Shown: in pieces, positions 22,257 to 30,679 of the stretch | How positions within the stretch are numbered: position 1 is the first letter of the stretch | Layout: each line of letters starts with the position of its first letter | Origin: an uncultured Victivallales bacterium | Lineage (GTDB): Bacteria > Verrucomicrobiota > Kiritimatiellia > UBA8416 | Direction of reading: 5' to 3' | Assembly: GCA_964472315.1 (NCBI GenBank) | Contig: CAYYJS010000002.1 | Span: forward strand, 54,315-118,314 | Length of the DNA stretch: 64,000 nucleotides | The notes under the pieces: model-generated | What the model was told of the DNA's origin: nothing | The model's input: only the letters and a program-made list of their open reading frames with translations | Database searches by the model: none | Translations under genes and position numbers: made by a program

Positions 22257-24209
22257 TTGCGTGACATCGATTTCGAACACGAATTGAACGCCGAGCAGTA
22301 TGCGGCCGCCACGGCGCCCGACGGAGCGCTGTTGATCCTGGCCGCCGCGGGAACGGGGAAAACTCGCACGCTGGTCTACCGGGTGGCGTATCTTGTGCGG
22401 CATGGCGTTCCGTCCGAGCGGATTCTGCTTCTCACGTTCACCAACCGTGCGGCCCGCGAGATGCTGGAACGTGTCGGACAGTTGCTCGGACAAACGTCCG
22501 GCGTGTCCTGGAGCGGCACATTCCATCACATTGCCAACCGCATGCTGCGCCGGTACGCCCATCTTTTGGGGTATCGGTCCGACTACACGATTCTCGACCG
22601 TGACGATGCCCGTTCGCTGGTGGGCGCCTGCGTCAAGGAGTTGAAGTTGCACGCGAAGGAGTTTCCCAAGAAGGAAGTGCTCCTGGCGCTGGCCGGCAAA
22701 GCGGCGAACATGCAGCGGACGTTCGACGACGTGGCCGCGGAACATTTCGGGGATGCGGATGTGGACCTGGACGGTGTCGTGCGGGTGCTTGCGCGATACA
22801 GCGAACGCAAGCGCGGGCTGGACGCGATGGATTTCGACGATTTGCTCGTCAGGTGCCTCGATCTGTTCAATGGACACCCGACGGTGGCCGAGCATTGGCG
22901 TCATCATTTCCGTCATGTTCTGGTGGACGAGTATCAGGATACCAACACGATACAGGCGCAGTTGGTCGACTGCCTTTCGGGGCAGCACGGCAACCTGTTC
23001 GTGGTCGGTGACGATTTTCAGAGCATCTACGGGTGGCGGGGCGCGGACTATCGGAACATCGTCTATTTCCGGGACCGACATCCGGATGCGATCATGTACA
23101 AACTTGAGACGAACTATCGGAGCGTGCCCGAGGTTCTGGCCGTCGCCAACATGACGGTGGCCCTTTCGGGGCACCCGGAAGAATTCAAGCGCACGCTGCG
23201 TGCCACGCGCAAGCCCTGTCGCCGGCCGCGTATCGCACGGCTGCGCGATGGGCAGCACCAGGCACGCTACGTCGTGGGCCTGATGGCGGAGTTGCGCCGG
23301 GAAGGATACCGGCCGAGCGACATGGCAATCCTGTACCGGGCGCATTTTCATGCCATGGAACTTCAGATGGAACTGGCGCGCGCGCATGTGCCCCACGTTA
23401 TCACGTCCGGGATACGGTTTTTCGAGCAGACGCATGTCAAGGATGTCCTGGCGTTTCTGCGCACACTGCAGTGCCCCGAGGACGAACTGGCCTTCTGTAG
23501 ATTGCTGACGCTGTTGCCGGGCGTGGGCGAGCGGACGGCCGTTAAGCTCTGGGCGAAACTTGGCGGGCGGTTCGACAGCCGGAAGCCGGAGGCGCGTCGA
23601 ACGCTGACGGAGGCGCTTCGCCCGCAGGCGCGGGAGCGGTGGCAACTGCTGGCGCCGGTGATCGAAGCCTACCATGGCGAACAGCTTGCGTCAGCCCCGG
23701 GCGAGGTCATCGATCGCTTCCTGGACCGGTTTTATGCCCAGTACGCCGTCGATACGTTCGAAAACGCCGATACCCGTGTCGACGATATCCATGAGTTGGT
23801 GCTGAATGCGGCGAGAGTCGGGGGCATGGATGAGTTCCTCAGCGACGTGGCGCTCCTGACGAACCTGGACGCCGAGGCCGATCGTCTGTCCGAGGAGCGG
23901 CGGGACGTGGTGCGCCTGAGTTCGGTGCATCAGGCGAAGGGCCTGGAGTGGCCCGTGGTGATCCTGCTCTGGATGACGGAAGGGATGTTTCCTTCCGGGC
24001 GGACGATGGGCGAGTCGGAAGATGGCGAGGCGGAGGAACGTCGCCTGTTCTACGTGGCGGCGACGCGTGCGAAGGACGAACTGATCATGTGCGTCCCCGA
24101 GGTGCGGCACATGCGCGATGGGGGAATCTACTACTGCACGCCGTCGCGGTTCGTCAACGAACTGCCGCCGACGCTGGTCGACAGCCGCAAGATCCCGTTT
24201 CTCGGGTAG
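22257..24209 (+). CDS. UvrD/PcrA/Rep-family ATP-dependent DNA helicase
   Basis: Walker A LILAAAGTGKTRTL. VDEYQDTN motif. C-terminal VHQAKGLEWPVV and YVAATRAKDEL. Start taken at TTG 22257 just after the yihY-family stop. The start codon is uncertain. Confidence 0.85.
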   Translation: MRDIDFEHELNAEQYAAATAPDGALLILAAAGTGKTRTLVYRVAYLVRHGVPSERILLLTFTNRAAREMLERVGQLLGQTSGVSWSGTFHHIANRMLRRYAHLLGYRSDYTILDRDDARSLVGACVKELKLHAKEFPKKEVLLALAGKAANMQRTFDDVAAEHFGDADVDLDGVVRVLARYSERKRGLDAMDFDDLLVRCLDLFNGHPTVAEHWRHHFRHVLVDEYQDTNTIQAQLVDCLSGQHGNLFVVGDDFQSIYGWRGADYRNIVYFRDRHPDAIMYKLETNYRSVPEVLAVANMTVALSGHPEEFKRTLRATRKPCRRPRIARLRDGQHQARYVVGLMAELRREGYRPSDMAILYRAHFHAMELQMELARAHVPHVITSGIRFFEQTHVKDVLAFLRTLQCPEDELAFCRLLTLLPGVGERTAVKLWAKLGGRFDSRKPEARRTLTEALRPQARERWQLLAPVIEAYHGEQLASAPGEVIDRFLDRFYAQYAVDTFENADTRVDDIHELVLNAARVGGMDEFLSDVALLTNLDAEADRLSEERRDVVRLSSVHQAKGLEWPVVILLWMTEGMFPSGRTMGESEDGEAEERRLFYVAATRAKDELIMCVPEVRHMRDGGIYYCTPSRFVNELPPTLVDSRKIPFLG

Positions 24210-24283
24210 GAATCCCGGGGCGCAAAGAAGAACCGGGCCGGCCCAAAGGCCGACCCGGTTGGGGGTTCAAGGGTGTCGCCCGG

Positions 24284-25888
24284 TTACGGGAGGGACGGCA
24301 CGTTGGTGGCGCCGATCCGGTAGAACGCGCGGTCGGCTACCGGCGGGGCGGCTTCCATCCACGTGTTCGTTCCCTGACGCGCGTCGCTCAGTCCGGCCTG
24401 CGTCCATCCGGCGGCGCTGGCCATGTTCGTGCTGCGGAGCACGATATACGGAGACAGTTCCGGATCGATGCAGGCGCTGTGCCAGACGACGTAGTTGGTT
24501 CCATTTACCGTACCGGCCTCGGCGACCTTAAGGTAGGAATCCGGATCGTTCGGATCGGTGGAACTCCAGTACTCGTCGCCGTTGCAGTAGGCATCGCCAT
24601 CCGTATTGGTGGCGGCGGCCTCGGTGAAATCGGCCGTTGCGCCCACGTTGTCGTGCAGCCACCAGTGCGGGACGCCGCTGGCGGTCTTGTCGGCGATGAA
24701 GTACACCTTGATGGTATGGTGGTCCGTCACGTTCGAGAACGTGTACCCCGTGATCTGGCCCTGCGTGATGTCGTCCACCAGTACATCGCCCACGCTCCAA
24801 TAGAGGGCGGGTGTCATGGTGAAATTGGTCGTGCCGTTGAACGGCACCTCAACGGCGCCGACCGGGGCGATGGTTCCTTCACCCGCCTCGACGGTAGCGG
24901 TGATCGTCTTCATACCGCTTTCCGTAAAGATGGCATGGATCGAGTGGTTGGTCGTAACATTTTCGAAAGCCCAGGAAGCGGGCGTGCCCTGGTTGACGCC
25001 GTCGACGATGACCTGACTGATCGCGTAGTCGAGGAAGTTGCTGATGATCACGCTGTGACTGCCGCCGTTGGTGACGGAGACGTCGCCATCCGGGACGATC
25101 GTGCCGCCGTCGGAATGCGACACGCTGATGGTCCAGTTCTGTGTGGCGAACGGATCGCTGTCGGTGACCACGAAGTCATCCAAGTAGGCGGTGCCGGACA
25201 CCGAAACGGCCGAGACTTTGCCGTTGCTGAACAGCATCGGGAACCATGGGCCGCCCGGTTCGCTGCCATCCGTCGGCTGGGTTCGTCCCTGCTCGTTGGT
25301 CACGGCTACGCCGTCGATATTGAACCTGAAATAGGTGTTATAGTATGTATTGTCGGATTCGGCATAATTCATTTCGATCGTGACGCGCACCCAGTCCGAT
25401 GTGGCGATCGTCACCTCGGGGATCTCCGTCCACACTTTCGCGGCGGTGCTATAGTTCGCGTGATGAATAACCGGATGTCCATTCGTCGTAAAATAGTAGG
25501 CCATCTGAGCATCGTCAGGTATGGCGGGATTGTTGGTCTCCTCCCAGAAATGGGGGTTGATGACGTGATCGATCCAGACGTGACCGCCGCTGTCGCTGAC
25601 AACCGCATTCGTAGCGTCGCTTTGGACCTTGAGAACCTTCGTATGGGCGCCTGGCATCGGGTAGGCGCCGCCGGTATAGTTCGTATACGTCCGCTCTTCG
25701 ACCACAAGCGCTTCGGGGTCCGGCGCCGTCCATGTGCCGTCGCCGACCAGAAGCGTGCCGTTGGTATAGCTCTCGAACGAATCCGCGTAGTAATTCGTCG
25801 CGGCGGATGCCGGGGTGGCAAAAAGCGCCAGTACGGCAACCAGAAATCCCATGCCACCACACTGTTCGCGACACGTGATCTGCTTCAT
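24284..25888 (-). CDS. Large secreted protein with tandem B-repeat-like domains and an N-terminal lectin-like region
   Basis: RBS GGAGAGGG before ATG 25888. Signal peptide. Rich in Thr/Asn/Gly/Asp. Two roughly 70-aa internal repeats with the shared pattern ...Y.IS.V.VDG..QG....Y.F.NVT.NH.I.A.F. The long + strand ORF 23948..26125 is antisense artefact. Confidence 0.6.
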   Translation of the reverse strand: MKQITCREQCGGMGFLVAVLALFATPASAATNYYADSFESYTNGTLLVGDGTWTAPDPEALVVEERTYTNYTGGAYPMPGAHTKVLKVQSDATNAVVSDSGGHVWIDHVINPHFWEETNNPAIPDDAQMAYYFTTNGHPVIHHANYSTAAKVWTEIPEVTIATSDWVRVTIEMNYAESDNTYYNTYFRFNIDGVAVTNEQGRTQPTDGSEPGGPWFPMLFSNGKVSAVSVSGTAYLDDFVVTDSDPFATQNWTISVSHSDGGTIVPDGDVSVTNGGSHSVIISNFLDYAISQVIVDGVNQGTPASWAFENVTTNHSIHAIFTESGMKTITATVEAGEGTIAPVGAVEVPFNGTTNFTMTPALYWSVGDVLVDDITQGQITGYTFSNVTDHHTIKVYFIADKTASGVPHWWLHDNVGATADFTEAAATNTDGDAYCNGDEYWSSTDPNDPDSYLKVAEAGTVNGTNYVVWHSACIDPELSPYIVLRSTNMASAAGWTQAGLSDARQGTNTWMEAAPPVADRAFYRIGATNVPSLP

Positions 25889-26060
25889 GACCGTTTCCCT
25901 CTCCTTTTCGGGCTCCTGAACCCAAGGGTCTCAGGCAAGCATCACCTGCTGGCGTATGCGGGGACCCTACGGCCGGTAAGAACCCCAATGTATCTTCGTG
26001 AGTCCAATGTAGCGCATTTGCGTGGGCAAAGTCAACTGGTTTGGCGCGGCAGATTTTGCT

Positions 26061-26089
26061 TTGATTCCGGCGGCATCGTTGCCTATAGT
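26061..26089 (+). promoter_or_regulatory. Candidate sigma70-type promoter (TTGATT-17 nt-TATAGT) for the pilus-like operon
   Basis: TTGATT at 26061-26066. 17-nt spacer. TATAGT at 26084-26089. The 9-mer ATAGTACCC is repeated at 26085 and 26111. Confidence 0.3.
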
Positions 26090-26151
26090 ACCCGTGTTTC
26101 GCGGAGTCCCATAGTACCCTTGTGACCGTTATTCAGGAAAGGTGGTTTCCC

Positions 26152-26793
26152 ATGACCCTGACCGCGAGTGTGATGTTGACCGTGGTCGTGACCACGGCCG
26201 CTTGCGTTGTTCCATCGGTCGCGCAGACGCGGACGGGGGAGTACGGCGCCGGACGGGCGGGGGCTGAGGCCGAGACCGTGCGCATCCGCAAGTTAAACGG
26301 TCTTTCGCCGCGGTCCGTGGTAACCACGCCGGTCTATGGGTCGAGCGTCGGTCGCAGTGCGAAGCCGCCACGCGAATGGCTTGAGGTTCAAGTGATTTAC
26401 GACACGGCGCCGGCGTGGATCGACGAGTTGGTCATCGAGTACTTCGTCATGAGCATGGACCGTACGGAAGGCCGCAACACCTACTCCCTGTTCAAGACGA
26501 TCGTTCGCTATCGCGATGTGGAACGTGACCGTAACCACATCGGCGTGGCCTATCTGCTGCCTTCCGCGTTGAAGCGCTACGGCCGCGTCGTGGCGGTTGC
26601 CGTCGAGGTCAGCCACGATGGCAAAGTCGTGGCCTCCGAGACGGATACGGGCATCACGTTGCCTCCGGGGTGGTGGCGAAGCCCCGCGGTTGTCGAAAAC
26701 AAGGATATGACCGTTCGAGAGGGGTATTTGGTGGAGAAGTCCAAGTCGCCGTTCGCCTTGGTCAATGTGGATGACTATGAGGTGGCCAAGTAG
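26152..26793 (+). CDS. Hypothetical secreted protein, first gene of the pilus-like operon
   Basis: GGAAAGGTGG RBS 6 nt before ATG 26152. Signal peptide MTLTASVMLTVVVTTAACVVPSVAQ. Its stop TAG overlaps the GTG start of the next gene. Confidence 0.5.
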   Translation: MTLTASVMLTVVVTTAACVVPSVAQTRTGEYGAGRAGAEAETVRIRKLNGLSPRSVVTTPVYGSSVGRSAKPPREWLEVQVIYDTAPAWIDELVIEYFVMSMDRTEGRNTYSLFKTIVRYRDVERDRNHIGVAYLLPSALKRYGRVVAVAVEVSHDGKVVASETDTGITLPPGWWRSPAVVENKDMTVREGYLVEKSKSPFALVNVDDYEVAK

Positions 26794-28463
26794 TGTCGCT
26801 CTTCGAAAGTGACCGTGTCATCGCGCTGGATATCGGAGCCAGCAAGATCGTACTCGCCGAATTCGGGGTTTCCCGCGGCGGCGAAATCGAACTGCTTCGC
26901 TATGGCATCGAGAAGCAGTCGGGCGACATGGGTACGGAGGCTGACCAGTTGGCGTACATCGCCGCCAACGTACGGTCGTTGATGCGCGAACAGGGCATCA
27001 AGCCGGCGCCGCTGGTGATGTGCGTTTCGGGGCAGGCCGTGTTTCCGCGGTACGTCAAGCTGCCGCCGGTAAGTCGTGACAAGCTTCAGCAGATCGTCCA
27101 GTACGAGGCCGAGCAGAACGTACCGTTTCCCATAAAGGAAGTGGTTTGGGATTACCAGTTGCTGGGCGGCGAGGATGGCGAGCAGAATGTCATGCTCGTC
27201 GCGGTGAAGATCGAGAACGTCAAACGGTTGACCGATGCCGTGCAGACGGCCGACCTCGAGCCGGAGATCGTCGACGTCGCCCCGATGGCGCTTTACAACA
27301 CCGTTCGTTACAACTATCCGAATCTAGCCGGATGCACGATGATCCTCGATATCGGCGCCCGGTCGTCGAACCTGATTTTTATCGAGGAATCGCGAATCTT
27401 CAGCCGCAGTATCCCCGTTGCCGGAAACGCCATCACCCAGGAAATCATGAAGGCCTTCGACGTGCCGCATGACGAGGCCGAGGCGTTGAAGCGCGAGCAC
27501 GGTTTTGTCGCCTTCGGCGGCGTCTTCGCCGGTCCGGACGATGAGATCGCGGAGCGTGTCTCGAAGATCATGCGCAACGTCCTGACGCGCCTGCATGCCG
27601 AAGTGAACCGTTCGATCAATTTCTACCGCAGCCAGCAGGGCGGTTCGCCTCCGAATCTTGTCTTGTTGTGCGGCGGCTCGTCCGTGATTCCGCACGTCGA
27701 CACGTTCTTTCGCGAGAAGCTGCAGGTGGACATCGAGTATCTGAACCCGTTTGCCAGCGTCGTTGTCGGCGATGAAATCGATGCCGCCGCGATCAACCGC
27801 GACCTGCACCTGCTCGGGGAGGTTGTCGGCCTCGGACTGCGTCGGGCGCTGACGTGCCCCGTCGAGATCAATCTGATGCCGCCCGACCTCGTGGCCCGCA
27901 AGGAGTTCCGCAAGCGGCAGCCTTATTTCGTCGTTTCCGCGGTCGCCTCGGTGCTCGCCATGCTGTGTTGGTGGGTGTACTTCCACCGGATGGGGAATGT
28001 GATCGACGAGCGTGCCGGTATTGTCCGCGAGAAGATCGCCGCGTTCCGCGGGATCGAGGCGCGGTTGTCCGAGGCCGTTCGGGATCGCGGGTTTGCGCAG
28101 GCGAGGCTTGCGAAACTGGCTGCGCCGATCGCCATGCGCGGACGTTGGATCGAGTTGATCGATGCCGTGCACGCGTGCATGTGGGATGGCATGTGGGTGA
28201 CGGGGTGGAAGCCGGTTGTCGAGAATGGCCGGGTTGTGCGTATCCACCTGACCATGCATGCGTTCGTGGACCGTATGCAGAACACGCCCGAGGGCACGGC
28301 CGCCGAACGTTTCCGAAACGCGCTGCGGGACCGCCCGGAGTTTGGCGCCGACACCGACATCGCCAGCGAGATGGGGATCGGCGTCGGCGGGTTCCTGCGG
28401 AAGTTCGAGATGAAGGTTGTCGTGGCCGAGGCGCCGAGCGTCAGGGCGGTTGAGGACCGATGA
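26793..28463 (+). CDS. pilM: Type IV pilus assembly protein PilM (actin-like ATPase fold) fused to a PilN-like transmembrane/periplasmic domain
   Basis: N-terminal VIALDIGASKIVLAEF. The rest of the first 350 aa has the PilM/FtsA-like pattern. A single TM helix follows (QPYFVVSAVASVLAMLCWWVYF), then a 150-aa periplasmic tail. Confidence 0.75.
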   Translation: MSLFESDRVIALDIGASKIVLAEFGVSRGGEIELLRYGIEKQSGDMGTEADQLAYIAANVRSLMREQGIKPAPLVMCVSGQAVFPRYVKLPPVSRDKLQQIVQYEAEQNVPFPIKEVVWDYQLLGGEDGEQNVMLVAVKIENVKRLTDAVQTADLEPEIVDVAPMALYNTVRYNYPNLAGCTMILDIGARSSNLIFIEESRIFSRSIPVAGNAITQEIMKAFDVPHDEAEALKREHGFVAFGGVFAGPDDEIAERVSKIMRNVLTRLHAEVNRSINFYRSQQGGSPPNLVLLCGGSSVIPHVDTFFREKLQVDIEYLNPFASVVVGDEIDAAAINRDLHLLGEVVGLGLRRALTCPVEINLMPPDLVARKEFRKRQPYFVVSAVASVLAMLCWWVYFHRMGNVIDERAGIVREKIAAFRGIEARLSEAVRDRGFAQARLAKLAAPIAMRGRWIELIDAVHACMWDGMWVTGWKPVVENGRVVRIHLTMHAFVDRMQNTPEGTAAERFRNALRDRPEFGADTDIASEMGIGVGGFLRKFEMKVVVAEAPSVRAVEDR

Positions 28464-29548
28464 AAAGCAAACAGGTCATTCTGGTATCCATCTGCGGCGT
28501 GGGCGTCATCCTCTTCGCGCTGGCAGGCTTCCTGCTTGTGCGCGGGTTCGTGAACTTCAGCGGGGCGATCGAGAAGTTCAACAAGGAGAAACAGGCGCTG
28601 GGGCATTACTACCAGAAGAACCCGTTCCCGTCCGAGGCCAACATCCGCCTCGAAGAAGACAACGCGCAAATGTTGAACGCGTGGCATGAACAGCTCTTCA
28701 AGCGTCTGATCGCCAAGAATGTCGTCAGCACCGAGGACAGCGGATCGCGCTTTCGACAGAACTATGACGAGACGAAGAAACGTCTGCTGGGCGCGGCGAA
28801 GGACGTGCAAATCGCGGGTGGCAACACCTTTGCCTTCGGCTTCGACCGCTACTCCGGTACCGGTGAACTTCCGCAATCGTCGGAGGTGCCGGTATTGATG
28901 GAACAGCTTGCGATCGTCGAGCGGTTGTGCGGCATCCTGTTCGAGAATGGCATCAAAGCGATGGGGGCGGTGCGCCGCGACGTCGTGGAGTCGGCGTCCA
29001 CCACCGGCGGATCCGTGACGGTGCCAGGTGGTCAGCCCGGCGTGGGTTCCGCGCCGCCGGGACGTCCCGTGCGCTCGGGCGCACCGGTTGGTCCGGCCCC
29101 GCTCGTGCCGCCGAAGGCCCGGCGAAAAGCCGTGCCCGGCGACGAACCGACGGAACCCATGCGCCCCGTCGGGAAGATGTATTCACGGCTGCATTTCGGC
29201 TTCGACTTTCGCGCCAAGGAAAGCGCTTTGCTTGGTATTCTCAACGCGATGGCATCGAACGACATGTTCATTGTCATGACGTCGATTTCGTTCGAGGCGG
29301 GCGTTCCCGAGATGATGCCCGTGGCCGTGCCCGTCGTATCAGGAGGCGATGCCGCGGCGATCCCCGCTTTGCCGCCCGCCCCCGTTCCGGCGGTGGGCGC
29401 TCCGGCGGAGACAGGCAACGTGCCTCAGGCATGGGAACGACGCAAGGACGAACGCATTGTGAGTGGGCCTGTGCACGAGATCCCCATGGATGTGACTTTG
29501 GAACTCGACGTCTATAAATTCCAGCCGGAGTCGCACCATGGCGATTAG
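28460..29548 (+). CDS. PilO-like bitopic periplasmic protein (Amuc_1100-position protein)
   Basis: GAGGA RBS. N-terminal TM helix. Coiled-coil periplasmic segment. Pro/Gly-rich linker (PGGQPGVGSAPPGRPVRSGAPVGPAPLVPP). Globular C-terminus. Confidence 0.5.
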   Translation: MKSKQVILVSICGVGVILFALAGFLLVRGFVNFSGAIEKFNKEKQALGHYYQKNPFPSEANIRLEEDNAQMLNAWHEQLFKRLIAKNVVSTEDSGSRFRQNYDETKKRLLGAAKDVQIAGGNTFAFGFDRYSGTGELPQSSEVPVLMEQLAIVERLCGILFENGIKAMGAVRRDVVESASTTGGSVTVPGGQPGVGSAPPGRPVRSGAPVGPAPLVPPKARRKAVPGDEPTEPMRPVGKMYSRLHFGFDFRAKESALLGILNAMASNDMFIVMTSISFEAGVPEMMPVAVPVVSGGDAAAIPALPPAPVPAVGAPAETGNVPQAWERRKDERIVSGPVHEIPMDVTLELDVYKFQPESHHGD

Positions 29549-30608
29549 CCTGAACATCCGCGGCGGGTTTGCGCACCTGTGGCGGCAGTACGATAAGCTC
29601 ATGGCGTTCCTGGCGTTGGCGCTGCTGCTCGCCTCCCTGGTCTATCTGGCCGTGCGGGTGGGGCTGATTCAGAGCATGAAACGCGACTTCGACATGGAGA
29701 TGAAGAGCCTGCGCGCGATGCACGAAAAGGCGGCGACGGTTGCCGCCGACGTCTTCGATGCCGCCGTGGCAGGGCTCGACAAACCGGTCTCCCTGGGGCA
29801 CCAGGCGTGGACTAACGTCGCGTTTTCGGTTCCCGAGGTGCGTGTTACGTGCACCGATCAACGGTGTCAGCGGCCCGTGCCCTATGCGGCCGCGACCTGT
29901 CCTCTGTGCCTGAGCCCGCAGCGCGAGGACAAGACGGAAGTCGAGCCACCCAAGGACAGCGATGGCGATGGCATGCTCGACGATTGGGAATTGCAGTACG
30001 GACTGGACCGGTACGACGCCGGGGACGCCGCGAACGACACCGATGGCGATGGGCACAAGAATCTCGGTGAATTCCTGGCCAAGACCGACCCGACCGATCC
30101 GGCCAGCCGTCCCCCTGTCATCGATCAGTTGCGCGTGGAGAAGGTTTCGAGCGTGAGCTTCGGCATCCTGTTCAAGAGCCGAGTTACGACCGGAAAAGGC
30201 GAGCGCTTCGGTCTGAACTACAGACAGGCCGGGCAGATTAAGACGGACTTCGTCGGCGTCGGGGATACCGTGGCGGGGTTCCTCGTCAGCAAGTTCGACC
30301 ACAAGACCAGAGATGTCGATCAGCCGTACAAGCACAAGCAGGACGTCTCGGAACTGACGCTTGTCCGCGGGGACCATACCATTGTGCTTGTTCGCGGGCA
30401 GGACTACAACGAGACCGAACAGACCGCGCACTTCGTGTCGCTATTCGACGATGCGAAGTATCTGGCCAAGCAGGGCGAGTTTCTGACGGTCGACGGGTCC
30501 AGGTACGAGGTTATAGAGATTGACACTCGCGGTGAGCGTGTTGTATTACGGCCGGAAAACGATTCCGGCCAGACAGTGGTTGTACGGCGTCTCACGGTGC
30601 CCCGGTGA
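29538..30608 (+). CDS. Membrane-anchored periplasmic protein with Cys4 zinc-ribbon and two DxDxDG calcium-binding motifs
   Basis: TM helix LMAFLALALLLASLVYLAV. CTDQRC ... CPLC. DSDGDGMLDDWE and DTDGDGHKNLGEF are thrombospondin-type-3/dockerin-like motifs. C-terminal beta-rich domain. Confidence 0.5.
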   Translation: MAISLNIRGGFAHLWRQYDKLMAFLALALLLASLVYLAVRVGLIQSMKRDFDMEMKSLRAMHEKAATVAADVFDAAVAGLDKPVSLGHQAWTNVAFSVPEVRVTCTDQRCQRPVPYAAATCPLCLSPQREDKTEVEPPKDSDGDGMLDDWELQYGLDRYDAGDAANDTDGDGHKNLGEFLAKTDPTDPASRPPVIDQLRVEKVSSVSFGILFKSRVTTGKGERFGLNYRQAGQIKTDFVGVGDTVAGFLVSKFDHKTRDVDQPYKHKQDVSELTLVRGDHTIVLVRGQDYNETEQTAHFVSLFDDAKYLAKQGEFLTVDGSRYEVIEIDTRGERVVLRPENDSGQTVVVRRLTVPR

Positions 30609-30679
30609 AGGGGTGGCCGTGATGGCTCGTGTTTGTCCTCGCTAGCGGGGTGTGAGAGAATCCCAAGGAGATGTTCTTC

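Noticed and set aside
20476-23675. Minus-strand ORFs 20476..22215 and 22134..23675
   Set aside because: Antisense to the YihY-family gene and the UvrD-like helicase.
23948-26125. 725-aa ORF on the plus strand
   Set aside because: Antisense to the signal-peptide repeat protein 24284..25888. The translation is Arg/Gly/Asp/Val low-complexity with no recognisable motifs.
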